NCBI GenBank assembly: GCA_044440125.1
Contig: JBITAJ010000012.1
Coordinates: 160,001 to 224,000 of the forward strand
DNA: 64,000 nucleotides
DNA from: Sedimentisphaeraceae bacterium JB056
GTDB taxonomy: Bacteria; Planctomycetota; Phycisphaerae; Sedimentisphaerales; Sedimentisphaeraceae
Direction: 5' to 3'
The position numbers and the translations under genes are program-made. Below are positions 20,238-31,000 of this stretch, piece after piece (positions within the stretch are counted from its first letter, which is position 1; each line of letters starts with the position of its first letter). The notes under the pieces were generated by a model, which was not told the origin of the DNA, made no database searches, and saw only the letters and a program-made list of their open reading frames with translations.

Positions 20238-22106
20238 TTGAAAAAAACAGCCTTATTAATGGTAGTAATAACCGCGATTATTGGCTTTAATGCCTTTGCC
20301 GCAAATGTTGAAGTCGGTGATTCGTTAGAGCAGAAAGCCGCTCGGGCGATTGCTGAGACCGAAATGCGTCAAGAGTCCATTATGCGTCAGCAACTTCGCA
20401 AGCCTTTCCCTAAAACTGGCTTGTGGAAATACGAATGGCAGGCTATGGCAAATTATCATTTCAACGAAGACACAGCCAAGGCAGATGCAGAGCTTCTTCA
20501 GCAGGCTGAAGAAACACGAGGCAAGATCGGTCCGGGCTTCCACTGGCATGCTTATTTGCTTTCTCGCATATACATGTTGTATTCTTCAAATAGTGAGTAT
20601 TATCCGGGAAGGATGAGCAAAGCCGCCCAGGAAGCTGTTTTGTCTATGATATATGAATGGACACAGAGCAAGCACGAAGAAGTTTCTAAACAAATGACTG
20701 ACCCGCAATGGATATGGCGTTACTGGGGCAGCGAAAATCATCATTTACAGTTTTATGTGAGTGCGTGGAGTGCTGTTCATGTTCTAAAGGATGCACCTGG
20801 TTATGAAGACAAAACGACTACTGACGGGGTCTCATGGCAGGAAATGGCTGGTCTGCTTGATGAATATTTCAAGAATTTTCTAAGCCAGCGTGCCATGAAA
20901 GGTCTGTTTCTGGAAGTTGAGTCTCCCGGTTATGAAAAATATTCACTCAACACTATATTCAATCTTTATGATTTTGCCGATGATCCTGAACTCAAGGAGC
21001 TTACTGATAAATTTTTGAATTTGTACTATGCTGATTGGGCCGTGGAACAGTTAAATGGTATGTATGGCGGCTCATGTCATCGTGCTTACAGCAGTCTGGA
21101 AAAGACCGAAAGCTTTGGGTATATCTCATTTGGCCTGGGAAAAATGGATGTGCATCCGGGACGCATGTCGCCGGCGACAACCTCCTGGCGACCGAATCCT
21201 TTGGTCGCACAGCTTGCTTTGGCACAGGCCGATCGCGGTATCTATGAATCAATCTCCAGACGCCCCGGAAAAGTTGACAAAGCAGGTCAGGAAAACGCGG
21301 TAGATCCCGATGGTGGAGATTTGCTAAAGTACACTTATATGACACCTGATTTCATGATGGGTATTAGTATGAATTCAGCAGAAGCGGCTTTTGTCGGGGT
21401 TAGCGCCCAGAACCGCAGAAATTACATCACTTTGTTCGATTCAGCAGGACCAAAGACAATTTCCACCATGCGTCCACAGCCCAGTCGTGGAAGTGTTTAC
21501 AATACAGAGTGGGGAGTACAGGACAAAGGTGTGATGATATTGCAGGCACGCAAACATGCCAAAGGTCAGAAAATATATTTTCCCAATGCACTAAAACGTT
21601 CTCAGCTAAGAGGCTGGATATTTATTGAAACTTCTCAGGCTTATGGAGCGATCAAGGTTGTAGATGGAAAAGTTAAAATACGTAAACCTCAACTTGAAGA
21701 TTTTCGTGATAGAAAGGGTGATGTAAATGCCGGTATATTTATTGTACTTGAGAAATTTGAGTCTCCTATAATCTTCGAAGTTGTTGCTAAAGATAAATAT
21801 AAATCAATGAATGATTTCAAAAAGCAGATTTTGAGTAATTATCTTAGATTTAAAGATAACGAGCTTAATTATGAAAGCGCTGCTTATAAAAATAAGCTGA
21901 CTTTGTTTGCCGATTATTCAAGACCGCCAATGCTCAATGGTAAAGCAATTGATTTGAACCCGGATTTTGTCTACAAATCTCCATTTATCAATGCCAAATT
22001 TGGAGAAGGCAAAGTAAGCATCAAGTACGGTGAAAATGAATTGTCTCTGGATTTTCAAATAGAAAAATCTCAGAAGATAATTGATGATTTTATGAAAGAA
22101 CGATAG
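20238..22106 (+). CDS. Secreted SENH-family paralog 6
   Basis: TTG start after GAGG; signal peptide; FHWH, YPGRM, WGSENHH, EVESPGYEKY; divergent GMYGGSCHR. Confidence 0.85.
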   Translation: MKKTALLMVVITAIIGFNAFAANVEVGDSLEQKAARAIAETEMRQESIMRQQLRKPFPKTGLWKYEWQAMANYHFNEDTAKADAELLQQAEETRGKIGPGFHWHAYLLSRIYMLYSSNSEYYPGRMSKAAQEAVLSMIYEWTQSKHEEVSKQMTDPQWIWRYWGSENHHLQFYVSAWSAVHVLKDAPGYEDKTTTDGVSWQEMAGLLDEYFKNFLSQRAMKGLFLEVESPGYEKYSLNTIFNLYDFADDPELKELTDKFLNLYYADWAVEQLNGMYGGSCHRAYSSLEKTESFGYISFGLGKMDVHPGRMSPATTSWRPNPLVAQLALAQADRGIYESISRRPGKVDKAGQENAVDPDGGDLLKYTYMTPDFMMGISMNSAEAAFVGVSAQNRRNYITLFDSAGPKTISTMRPQPSRGSVYNTEWGVQDKGVMILQARKHAKGQKIYFPNALKRSQLRGWIFIETSQAYGAIKVVDGKVKIRKPQLEDFRDRKGDVNAGIFIVLEKFESPIIFEVVAKDKYKSMNDFKKQILSNYLRFKDNELNYESAAYKNKLTLFADYSRPPMLNGKAIDLNPDFVYKSPFINAKFGEGKVSIKYGENELSLDFQIEKSQKIIDDFMKER

Positions 22107-22109
22107 GAA

Positions 22110-23924
22110 ATGAACACAAAGATAAAAAGACTTTTTTCTTTTGGATGTCCTTCTTTAGAGGCATTTGAAAAGAATGCGCGGCGAGCAAAGGAGCTTGGTG
22201 CGACACATATTCTGATTACAGAGAATCTTCCGCCGTCTATGTGGCAGTACGAAGAGACCGGCGATCCTTATACCGCGTGGTTTGTCAATAATCCGGGGCT
22301 GCTGAAAATATTTCCGCCGCAGATTTTGAAGCCTTTTGTCAATGTTGAATATGCCGACAGAGTTGCCGGTATGCTTAAAGAGCGGTGTGAGGTGTTGCGT
22401 AAGCTGGGACTTAAAGGGCACTGGTTCTCAAATGAGCCTCAAGTTTTACCGGAAAGTTTTTTTGTTGAGTATCCGCACCTGCGAGGACCGAGAGTAGATC
22501 AGTCCAATCGTGCACGAATGGCTCATTTTGCACCTTGTGCAGGTCAAAAGCAGGTGCTTGATATGTATAATGAATCTGTGAAGCTGCTTTTGAAGCAATG
22601 TCCTGAGATAGAGATATTTTATTTTCTTACTACAGACTCTGGTTCTGGGTTCTGTTGGGCGCCTGCTCTGTATCCGGGCAAAAACGGCAGGACCGAATGT
22701 AAATCTATACCGATTGAAGAACGGGTGGCCGGTTTCCTTTTGAATATGCGAAATGCTGCTCAGCAGGTTGATAAGTATATTGAAGTTGATATTGTTGAAG
22801 TTGCCGCCCGATCATGGATGCTTCCTACATTCGAGAACCCGATGGCTATAGTAAAAAGATTGCCTGAAGGGTTAGCGGTTAATCATCTTGAAGGGCCTGA
22901 TGGAAAGCGTTTTATAAGTAAGGACCGCGAACCCGTATGGTGGAATGTTTTCAGTCCTGTAGTGGGAATAGCGAGGCCGTTTGATTTCATACGAAAGTGT
23001 GTTGAGGAGAGGAAAAATGAATCTCAGCGATGTGTGCATACTATAAATGATATTGAAAACACTGATTTCTGTTTTGATTTGCTTGAGGCATACTTCAGGA
23101 AACAGCCTGAAACTGATTTCGAGATCATGACTTTGCTGCGTCAAGCTGCGGCAGATATTGGCGGCGAAGGCCAGGCTGATAAGATTCTTTCTTTGTGGAT
23201 GGCCATAGACGATATCGAGAAATATCTGGGTACGCTTGATTTCGGTCATCTGTTTATAATGACCACTCTGCTGACTCGCTGGCTTACAAGGCCGCTTATT
23301 CCATTTCCCGAGGAGCTGCCTGAAGAGCAGAAGCAGTATTATAGTAAATATATACTTCAGGCTAAGGCGCAAGAGCAGGCTGATAATCTCCTTGATATTC
23401 AGGCGATGGATATGTTCAAGGGTTGGGGGGCAATGCTGATAGTTCAAAATGTTCTGGAAAAGGTTGAGGCGAAGATAAAGTCGGCACAGACTATTTCGTG
23501 TGAACTTGCCGAGAAATCTGATTCGAATTCAGAACAATGGAAGTTGTTGAATCTAAAGCTTGATGTATTGACTTGCCTTGTAAGGAATGTGAATAATGTT
23601 GTGAGGTATCAGGCTCATCTTGACAGAGTAAAGCCTGCTGTTGAGGAAAATCCGGTCGATCAAAATCCACCCCTTGGTACGCAAGGCAGTTGGGATTATG
23701 AGGATATGACGAATATCGCCCGTTCTGAAATAGATAATGTGATACATCTCAAATCTTTGCTTGAAAGTACGGATCAGCCTCTGATAGATTTTGCTGAAAT
23801 TCCAGAAAATGAGAATGTTCTTCGTTTCGGGCCTGAGCTGAAGTCGCACTTAAAGCTTAAGGTTGATATTATGAACGAGCATTGGCAGGATTATAAGCGT
23901 CTATTCGTAACTCCGAATCCATGA
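22110..23924 (+). CDS. Unknown-family protein (ELGATH/PNP family), copy without signal peptide
   Basis: Colinear paralog of 12737..14632; no hydrophobic N-terminus. Confidence 0.8.
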   Translation: MNTKIKRLFSFGCPSLEAFEKNARRAKELGATHILITENLPPSMWQYEETGDPYTAWFVNNPGLLKIFPPQILKPFVNVEYADRVAGMLKERCEVLRKLGLKGHWFSNEPQVLPESFFVEYPHLRGPRVDQSNRARMAHFAPCAGQKQVLDMYNESVKLLLKQCPEIEIFYFLTTDSGSGFCWAPALYPGKNGRTECKSIPIEERVAGFLLNMRNAAQQVDKYIEVDIVEVAARSWMLPTFENPMAIVKRLPEGLAVNHLEGPDGKRFISKDREPVWWNVFSPVVGIARPFDFIRKCVEERKNESQRCVHTINDIENTDFCFDLLEAYFRKQPETDFEIMTLLRQAAADIGGEGQADKILSLWMAIDDIEKYLGTLDFGHLFIMTTLLTRWLTRPLIPFPEELPEEQKQYYSKYILQAKAQEQADNLLDIQAMDMFKGWGAMLIVQNVLEKVEAKIKSAQTISCELAEKSDSNSEQWKLLNLKLDVLTCLVRNVNNVVRYQAHLDRVKPAVEENPVDQNPPLGTQGSWDYEDMTNIARSEIDNVIHLKSLLESTDQPLIDFAEIPENENVLRFGPELKSHLKLKVDIMNEHWQDYKRLFVTPNP

Positions 23925-23958
23925 TTTTTATAATATGATTTAATGATAAAGCTATATT

Positions 23959-25797
23959 ATGATTAAGAAAATACTAAATTCTATTCTGTTCGTGTATCTT
24001 AGTTTGGTTTGCGTTCAATCATTGAAGGCAGATTATCAAGAGCAGTGTGATATGTTTTTTCAGCTTCAAAAAGGTAAGCCTTTTGCGGCAGGAAAAATTC
24101 TTTATGATTGGCGCGATCGCGGAGATTTTACCAGACATTACGGCCAGAGCGTTGTCGTGTTTGCCATGAAGTCGTTCTATCTCGATCAGGATATTGAGCA
24201 GGCGAACAATGAGCTTGTCAAACTCTGCAATTATCATATTGAGCGTCCGCAAACATTTTACGAGATACACAGCTTCCCATCTTTCAGTCAGGCTTTGATA
24301 AGACTGTGCAAACTCTATGGACCCGGCGGAAGCGGGCAGATGTCAGATGAGGCTTATGAGATAATACAGCAGACAATGTGGCTTTGGCTTAACGAAAAAT
24401 CGGATATATCCGAGGCTGAATATGAAAAGTCAAAGACTCTTGTTGTGCGCGATTCGGAAAACCATCACGCTCAGCATTTTTCAACGTGCTGGGGATTTGC
24501 GATGGTTCTCAAGGATAGCGATGAATATAAGAGTCGTAAGCTTAAGGATGGTCTTACGGTTTCGCAGCATTTTGAGAAGTGGAGTGCGTATATAAGCGAA
24601 TATCTGCTGCAGCGAGGCCGCAAGGGTATGCTTGTCGAGATCGCCAGTCCTTCCTATGCAGCGGCAACATTAAAAGCAGTGTATTATGTTTATGATTTTG
24701 CCGAAGAGCCTGTCCTCAAACGAAGAGCAAGTAATTATCTTTCGCTTTACTGGGCTCTCTGGGCACAGGAACAGCTTGACGGTGTTCGCGGTGGTGGAAA
24801 GACAAGAAGTTATGCTAAGTCATCTTTCCGCGGCGAAGATTTCATAAGACGAGCGGCATGGTTTTATTTCGGTATAGGCGATAAGCCTTTCATTCACTCT
24901 ACGATGCTTTGTTTTGCAACGAGTTCATGGGTTATGCCGCAGATTATAGTTGATATTGCCATGGGTTCGAAAGATTACGGCAGTTATGAGATAATTCAAC
25001 GACGTATGGGGCTTGTCGAGAAAGGTTTCAACGAACCGCCTTTATACAAGCTTAGAGGTGATAACGGTGGAATACTCAGGTACAGCTATGTTACCTCTGA
25101 TTACATTCTTGGGTCTCTTATGACAGATGCTTTGCCTAATGAGAGCTGGGCCGCTATAAGCAGTCAGAACCGCTGGCAGGGCGTAATATTTGCTTCTGAT
25201 GTTGATGCGAGAATCTATCCTCATTGTAAAGTTCTTGGTGACAGCAGCTACAATCAATACTGGTCGGTTCAAAGTAAAGGCACGCTTATTACCCAAAAAC
25301 TTGAAACGAGCAAGCATACCGGCGATATGATGGTATGGTTCTCTTCTGCAGGGATCAATGAACCCGTTTATAAAGGTGGCTGGATATTCGCAGATGCAGG
25401 AAAAAGCTGGGCAGGCGTGAAAGTAATTGACGGCAAGTTTTCATGGAGGAAACAGGACAAACCCGTTGAAGGACGTTGGCTGATATTGGAAAACGAATAT
25501 TCGCCTATTATTATGGAGACTGCCGGAAAAGAAAAATTTGACAGCTTTACGGATTTTATTAATGCTGTGATCAGGTCTGGTATTAAGTATAAAGATGACG
25601 TGCTTGTATATGAAAGTATTTACGGTGATGAACTGACTTTCTACAGTGATTATTCATCACGGCCAAAGATCAATGATATTGAGGTGAATTATACTCCAAA
25701 ATTTGTATACGACAGTCCTTTTGTGAAGTCTGTTTATGACAGCGGTGTTGTTGTTATTAAAAACAGTGGTGAATCTGTGGTTCTTGATTTTAATTGA
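23959..25797 (+). CDS. Secreted SENH-family paralog 7
   Basis: Signal peptide; DSENHH, EIASPSY, GVRGGGKTR, SSQNRWQG; closest by eye to domain 3a. Confidence 0.85.
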   Translation: MIKKILNSILFVYLSLVCVQSLKADYQEQCDMFFQLQKGKPFAAGKILYDWRDRGDFTRHYGQSVVVFAMKSFYLDQDIEQANNELVKLCNYHIERPQTFYEIHSFPSFSQALIRLCKLYGPGGSGQMSDEAYEIIQQTMWLWLNEKSDISEAEYEKSKTLVVRDSENHHAQHFSTCWGFAMVLKDSDEYKSRKLKDGLTVSQHFEKWSAYISEYLLQRGRKGMLVEIASPSYAAATLKAVYYVYDFAEEPVLKRRASNYLSLYWALWAQEQLDGVRGGGKTRSYAKSSFRGEDFIRRAAWFYFGIGDKPFIHSTMLCFATSSWVMPQIIVDIAMGSKDYGSYEIIQRRMGLVEKGFNEPPLYKLRGDNGGILRYSYVTSDYILGSLMTDALPNESWAAISSQNRWQGVIFASDVDARIYPHCKVLGDSSYNQYWSVQSKGTLITQKLETSKHTGDMMVWFSSAGINEPVYKGGWIFADAGKSWAGVKVIDGKFSWRKQDKPVEGRWLILENEYSPIIMETAGKEKFDSFTDFINAVIRSGIKYKDDVLVYESIYGDELTFYSDYSSRPKINDIEVNYTPKFVYDSPFVKSVYDSGVVVIKNSGESVVLDFN

Positions 25798-25810
25798 GGT
25801 TAGGTTTTTT

Positions 25811-27892
25811 ATGAAAAAGACAGTTTACTTAGTGGTACTTTTCTGTATATCTTTAGTTTTTGCCGGTAATTTTGATAATCCGATTCAGGATTTGGATTTT
25901 ACTTATTCACAAGAGGCTATTCAGGCTCTGATGCAGCAAGCAGAGGAGACTAAGCCTGATCGCATCAAAGATGCATTTGAAAATACCACCGGCGAAGGAT
26001 TGAGGGAGGGTATGTGCCCGTATTTCGCCGCTCTTTGGCTTGGCAATGACCTTGACAAGGTGAATGCGAGATTGCTGGAATTATACACTACCGAGGATAC
26101 TGACCTTCAGGAAAAATACAGGCTCAATGATCCGTGGTGTCTGGCAGCTAACCAGCAACTTTATCATATGTATTATGCTTTCGGCAGCAAGGGAAATGTT
26201 GCCCCGGGACGTTTATATCCGGAAACGGAGAAGGCGGTGCTTGAGTTTTTGTGGAATCGGCTCAAATACAAAAATGATATTCATCTGGCAAGGCAAAGTA
26301 CATGGTGGATGATAGGTAGCGAAAATCATGATTTGGTTTCTAAGGTGAGCAGTTTAATATCGTCGCAGATTTTTATGAACGAGCCGGACTACAAAGACCG
26401 CATCTATCCCGACCTTGGGACAGGAGGCGGTCATGCTTACTGGTTCCATCATATGTATGCCAAGGAACGCATTAAGGGCCCTGAGGGACGTGCTGATTAC
26501 AAAGATGGTAAAGAGTATACGGCGGCCGATCATTATAATGCGTGGATTAATTATTTTGATGAGTATTTTACAGAGAGGGCGAAGAAGGGATTCTTTCTTG
26601 AGGTTGCATCTCCCGGATATATGGCGGTTAGCGTTTCTTACCTGACCGATATCTATGATCTTTGCGAAGATAAAAAGCTGACAGACAAGGCAGAGAAGTT
26701 TCTTGATCTTGTCTGGGCGGATTGGTCGCAGGATCAGCTTAACGGCGTACGCGGCGGCGGCAAGACCCGTGCAAGCGGACATAATCGCGGCGACCGATGG
26801 GCCGATTCTATGTATAAGATGTCGCGGTTTTATTTTGGCGGTGAAGGTAATTCGGGAACTCATTTCTTCACGCAGCTTCTAAGCAGTTATGAGCTTAAAC
26901 CGATTATCTGGAAGATTGCCTTCGATCGGGAGGGGTTAGGTGAGTTTGAATATATATCCCGAAAGCCCGGTGAGGAGGAGAATGTGTGGCCAAGGCCTCT
27001 GGGAGCTGAACGCACTATGCTGTGCGATACTGAGTCTCGTTTTGTTCGTTACAGTTGGGTGACGCCTGACTATATCATTGGATGCCAGATGGACCATCCC
27101 GCGGCAGTTCACAGTCATTTGAGTTGTCAGGCTCGCTGGCAGGGTGTCATATTCAAAGGAGAAAACGGTCCGAGAGTTTTTCCGACGGCTCTGAAGAAAG
27201 ATGATGATGGCTGCTGGGCTGAAGATACAAGCGGCTACAGCAGGGTTGTGCAGGATAGAAATGTGATGCTGGTTCAGCAGGCTCGCAATTTTGTTCAGGT
27301 GAACCCTGATTGGTTCCCGGGGAAATCAAAATATAATTTTGACTATGGTGTGAGTTTTTACGAAGATCTCGACAATGTGGTTGAGAAGGACGGCTGGATA
27401 TTTGTTGAACATGGAGATGCTTATCTGGCGGTAAGAGTGGTTGTTGGAGAATATTCACAAGGCTGGAGGATATTGAAAGATGATGCTACACCGGGGCTTA
27501 CAAGTGAACTTGTTGAAGACAGTTATCAATGGAGCAAGGATAGGAATTTTATTCATATTAAGGATAATTATGCCGGTATGATTTTTGAAACGTCCCGACG
27601 TGAGCATCACAAAAGTCTTGATGCATTTATTTCCGACATACTTGATAATCCTTTATCTCTTGATAAGACCGTCGTTCCTGGTTGGCATATTCTTCGTTAT
27701 CGTGGTTGCGGCGAAGATGCAAAAGAGATTTATTTCAACCTGGCCAATAATGAGATGCCGATGGTTGACGGCGAAAGAATTGATTATTCTCCAGAGATGC
27801 TTTTTGACAGTCCATATATGAAGTCAGTATACAATAGCGGTGTTATAGAGGTTGTCAAAGGCGGTAAGAAGATGCTTTTGAATTTTAATTAA
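25811..27892 (+). CDS. Secreted SENH-family paralog 8 (subfamily B, lacking the N-terminal CBM-like domain)
   Basis: Start MKKTVYL; IGSENHD, EVASPGY, GVRGGGKTR, QMDHPAAVHSHLS. Confidence 0.85.
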   Translation: MKKTVYLVVLFCISLVFAGNFDNPIQDLDFTYSQEAIQALMQQAEETKPDRIKDAFENTTGEGLREGMCPYFAALWLGNDLDKVNARLLELYTTEDTDLQEKYRLNDPWCLAANQQLYHMYYAFGSKGNVAPGRLYPETEKAVLEFLWNRLKYKNDIHLARQSTWWMIGSENHDLVSKVSSLISSQIFMNEPDYKDRIYPDLGTGGGHAYWFHHMYAKERIKGPEGRADYKDGKEYTAADHYNAWINYFDEYFTERAKKGFFLEVASPGYMAVSVSYLTDIYDLCEDKKLTDKAEKFLDLVWADWSQDQLNGVRGGGKTRASGHNRGDRWADSMYKMSRFYFGGEGNSGTHFFTQLLSSYELKPIIWKIAFDREGLGEFEYISRKPGEEENVWPRPLGAERTMLCDTESRFVRYSWVTPDYIIGCQMDHPAAVHSHLSCQARWQGVIFKGENGPRVFPTALKKDDDGCWAEDTSGYSRVVQDRNVMLVQQARNFVQVNPDWFPGKSKYNFDYGVSFYEDLDNVVEKDGWIFVEHGDAYLAVRVVVGEYSQGWRILKDDATPGLTSELVEDSYQWSKDRNFIHIKDNYAGMIFETSRREHHKSLDAFISDILDNPLSLDKTVVPGWHILRYRGCGEDAKEIYFNLANNEMPMVDGERIDYSPEMLFDSPYMKSVYNSGVIEVVKGGKKMLLNFN

Positions 27893-28000
27893 AGTTTCCA
27901 AAATAAGGATGGAGGTGAAAAATGACATAACTTAGTTTTGTGAAAGGTGCGGTTCGTTTAAAAGTAGTAATGATTTATTGTTTTAAGTGAGGTTAGAGTA

Positions 28001-31000
28001 ATGAAAAAAATTGTTATCTCTGTAATGTTGATGTTTGTTATTACTTTATTGGTGAATGCTGATATTGTTGATGACCGAAGTGATGATGTGTTGTCGGGAT
28101 ACATAAACGATCCATGGCCAGACCCGAATTCTACAACAGACGGTGAAAAGCTCTGGGGCAGAGCCGGGTATGCATTGGCGTGTCTGTATATGAATACTGA
28201 TACTGCAAAAGCCAATGACTACATCGATTGGATTCATGACAATTATAATGTGGCCACAGGTACGGATATTGGTTTTGACAGTTATTTCAAGATGCCTATG
28301 CTCTGGCGTTTGTATCTGGATCCAACAACAAATGCAAGGCTGACATCTACGAGTATTGACGACATAGAAGAAATGATGTGGAGATGGGTTTACAGCAGGA
28401 GTACTGTTGCCGATGCACAGGACAGTGTTTGGCGGATTCAGGATAGTGAAAATCATGATGCCGTGCAAAAATCCTGTTATCTCCTGGCATGTCAGGCTTT
28501 GATTGATGCCGGTTCACCTTATGGCCCGAGTGTTACTTTGGATGATGGCAATACTCTTCAAGAACATTATGATGCCTGGGTAAAATACTGGTTTGAATAT
28601 TTCCGCCAGCGTGTCAGAGATGGTTTGTCTTGTGAGATAGCTTCTCCGGGTTATGCAAAATATACCTTAGCGTGTTACTATAATATATATGATCTTACTG
28701 ATAATACTGCGCTTGCATATATGGCTGAAGATATGCTGACGGTTTACTGGGCCGATGCCGCAAGTGATTTTCTGCCTGCGACAGGTCTGCGTGGTGGGGC
28801 TGAGACAAGGGCGTACAAAGACGCTTTGAGTAATGGCAGTGATTCGGTTCAGGATCTGGTATATTGTTATGACTGGCATGATAATGTGCCTGATAATGTC
28901 CATCCTTATCTGCTTACGTCTATAGCTTCTTCATATCGTAATCCTGCGATTGTAGACCTTATTGCTTCTGACAGAACTAAAGAACCTTATATCCACACCA
29001 CGCGTCGTTTTGGTCGCGGAGGTAATTGGGTAAACAACGAATACACTGTTACATTTGATACCGATCAGGCATCCAATATGTCTCGTCAGACTTATGTCGA
29101 TCGGGACTACGTTATGGGTACTCTGTCGCTTGATACTTCTGATGGGTATATCGCTCTTGTCGATCAGAACCGCATGATGGGAGTATTTTTTGCTGCAGAT
29201 GCTGATGACCGAATTGCCATTCATGGTAAAGGTACTTATGACAGCGGGCGAACCGGTATGACCGAAATTCACGGTGTTTGCGGCGATCAGTGCATGATTG
29301 TTGCTCGTGACAGCGGGGCGTATAATAGTGACGGCACAAGAATTTTCCTCTCTGACGGCGAGCTTGAAGATAATATTGTATCTGATTCGGGTTGGATATT
29401 TACCAAGACAGGTCCTTACGGAGCAGACGGCAGGTATTTTGTTCCTGACGATAACTCTGCTGACAAAAGCCGTGAAAATAATTTACTGCTTGGAACCAGT
29501 ACTTCAAGCTTCAGCGGTACAGAACCTGCAATAACCGCAGCCAATACCGGTTATGACAGTACGGGCAGCGCACTGGATTTTGATGGTACTGACGATCTTG
29601 CTTATTCTTCGAAAGGTTGGGCGGGGCACGATTCTGTTGAGATAGACCTTTATTTCAATGCTGATGTTGACAATCTTGGTACTCAGCTTCTTGTCAATGC
29701 TATAAGCACATGGCAGGTTGCGATCAATTATGATGATGTCTCTTTCACTGTATGGACTGATCTTTCTGCACGTACGCTTTCTATTGCCGATGTCGTTTCT
29801 ACAGGCACATGGCAGCATCTCGTTGCAAGCATTGATGCCAGCGGTAATATGAGTCTGGCTGTTGATACCAGTTCCACAAGTGGCAGCGGTGATACTCTTA
29901 AACAGCAGTCAAAAGATATCGTTCTTGGTAATAAACCCGGGACTACCAGATGGCTTAACGGTAAACTCGATGCAGTTGAGATTTCTGTGCCGAGCAGCAG
30001 TGAAGTGCTTTCATGTTGGCAGATGGACAGTGAAGAGTGCCGTGATGTTTATTGCGGTATAAAGATTGCCAATGGTTCCTATACTTCCACGGCGGTAGCG
30101 GCAGGTGTGATGCTTGATCTTTCTGATATGTGGTCCCCGATTATTGTTCAGATGGGACTTGCTGAAGATTATGCGAGCTATACAGCGTTCAAAAATTCCG
30201 TAAAGGCTAACTATGTCGATTATTCAAGCGGCAGGGTTGAGTATTTTTCTGAGAATTATGATAAGTATCGTTTCTGGTCAAACAGTACTACACTGCCGCA
30301 GATTAATGATGCTGATGTTGAGCTCAATCCTACAAAGACATATGATGGTCCGTATCTGTCAGCTTATCACGGCAGTGATGTCGTAACTATCAGTCATCCC
30401 GATGCAAGTGATCTTACTATTGACATGAACTATCATTCAAGTCCGGCGTGGGATGATTACAAGACCGTTGCTTTGTGGCATATGGACATTAGTGTAAGCG
30501 GTGAAGTTATTGATGATGATCTCGAAAATTCAGGAAGAAATAACGATCTTCCTCTGACAGGCGCATCTATTACGACAGGTGATGGCGGTTATTTCGATGA
30601 GGCGTTGAGCTTTGATGGTGTTAATGACGAAGCCTCTGTTACCGGAGCATGGATCGGTGCAGAAGAATTCCAGGCGGATATGTGGATATATCCTACAGAT
30701 GGAGACGGTTCAAATATTGTACTGCAAGCCAGAAATGTATGGTCTATTGGTATTGGAAACGGCAAGCTTTCTCTGACAACATGGAACAGCAACAGCACTG
30801 CTACTGCATTGGCATGGTCAACGAATATTACTTACAATACGTGGCATCGTGTTATTGCTTCCTGTGATGCCGATGGTAATCGCAAACTGACATTGGATGG
30901 TGTAACTATAACTGATAATGCCGGTGCAGGATTGGTTACAGATTCTGCTGCGATTGATATGGGCAATAAACCTGGATATTCACGTTATTATGATGGCAAG

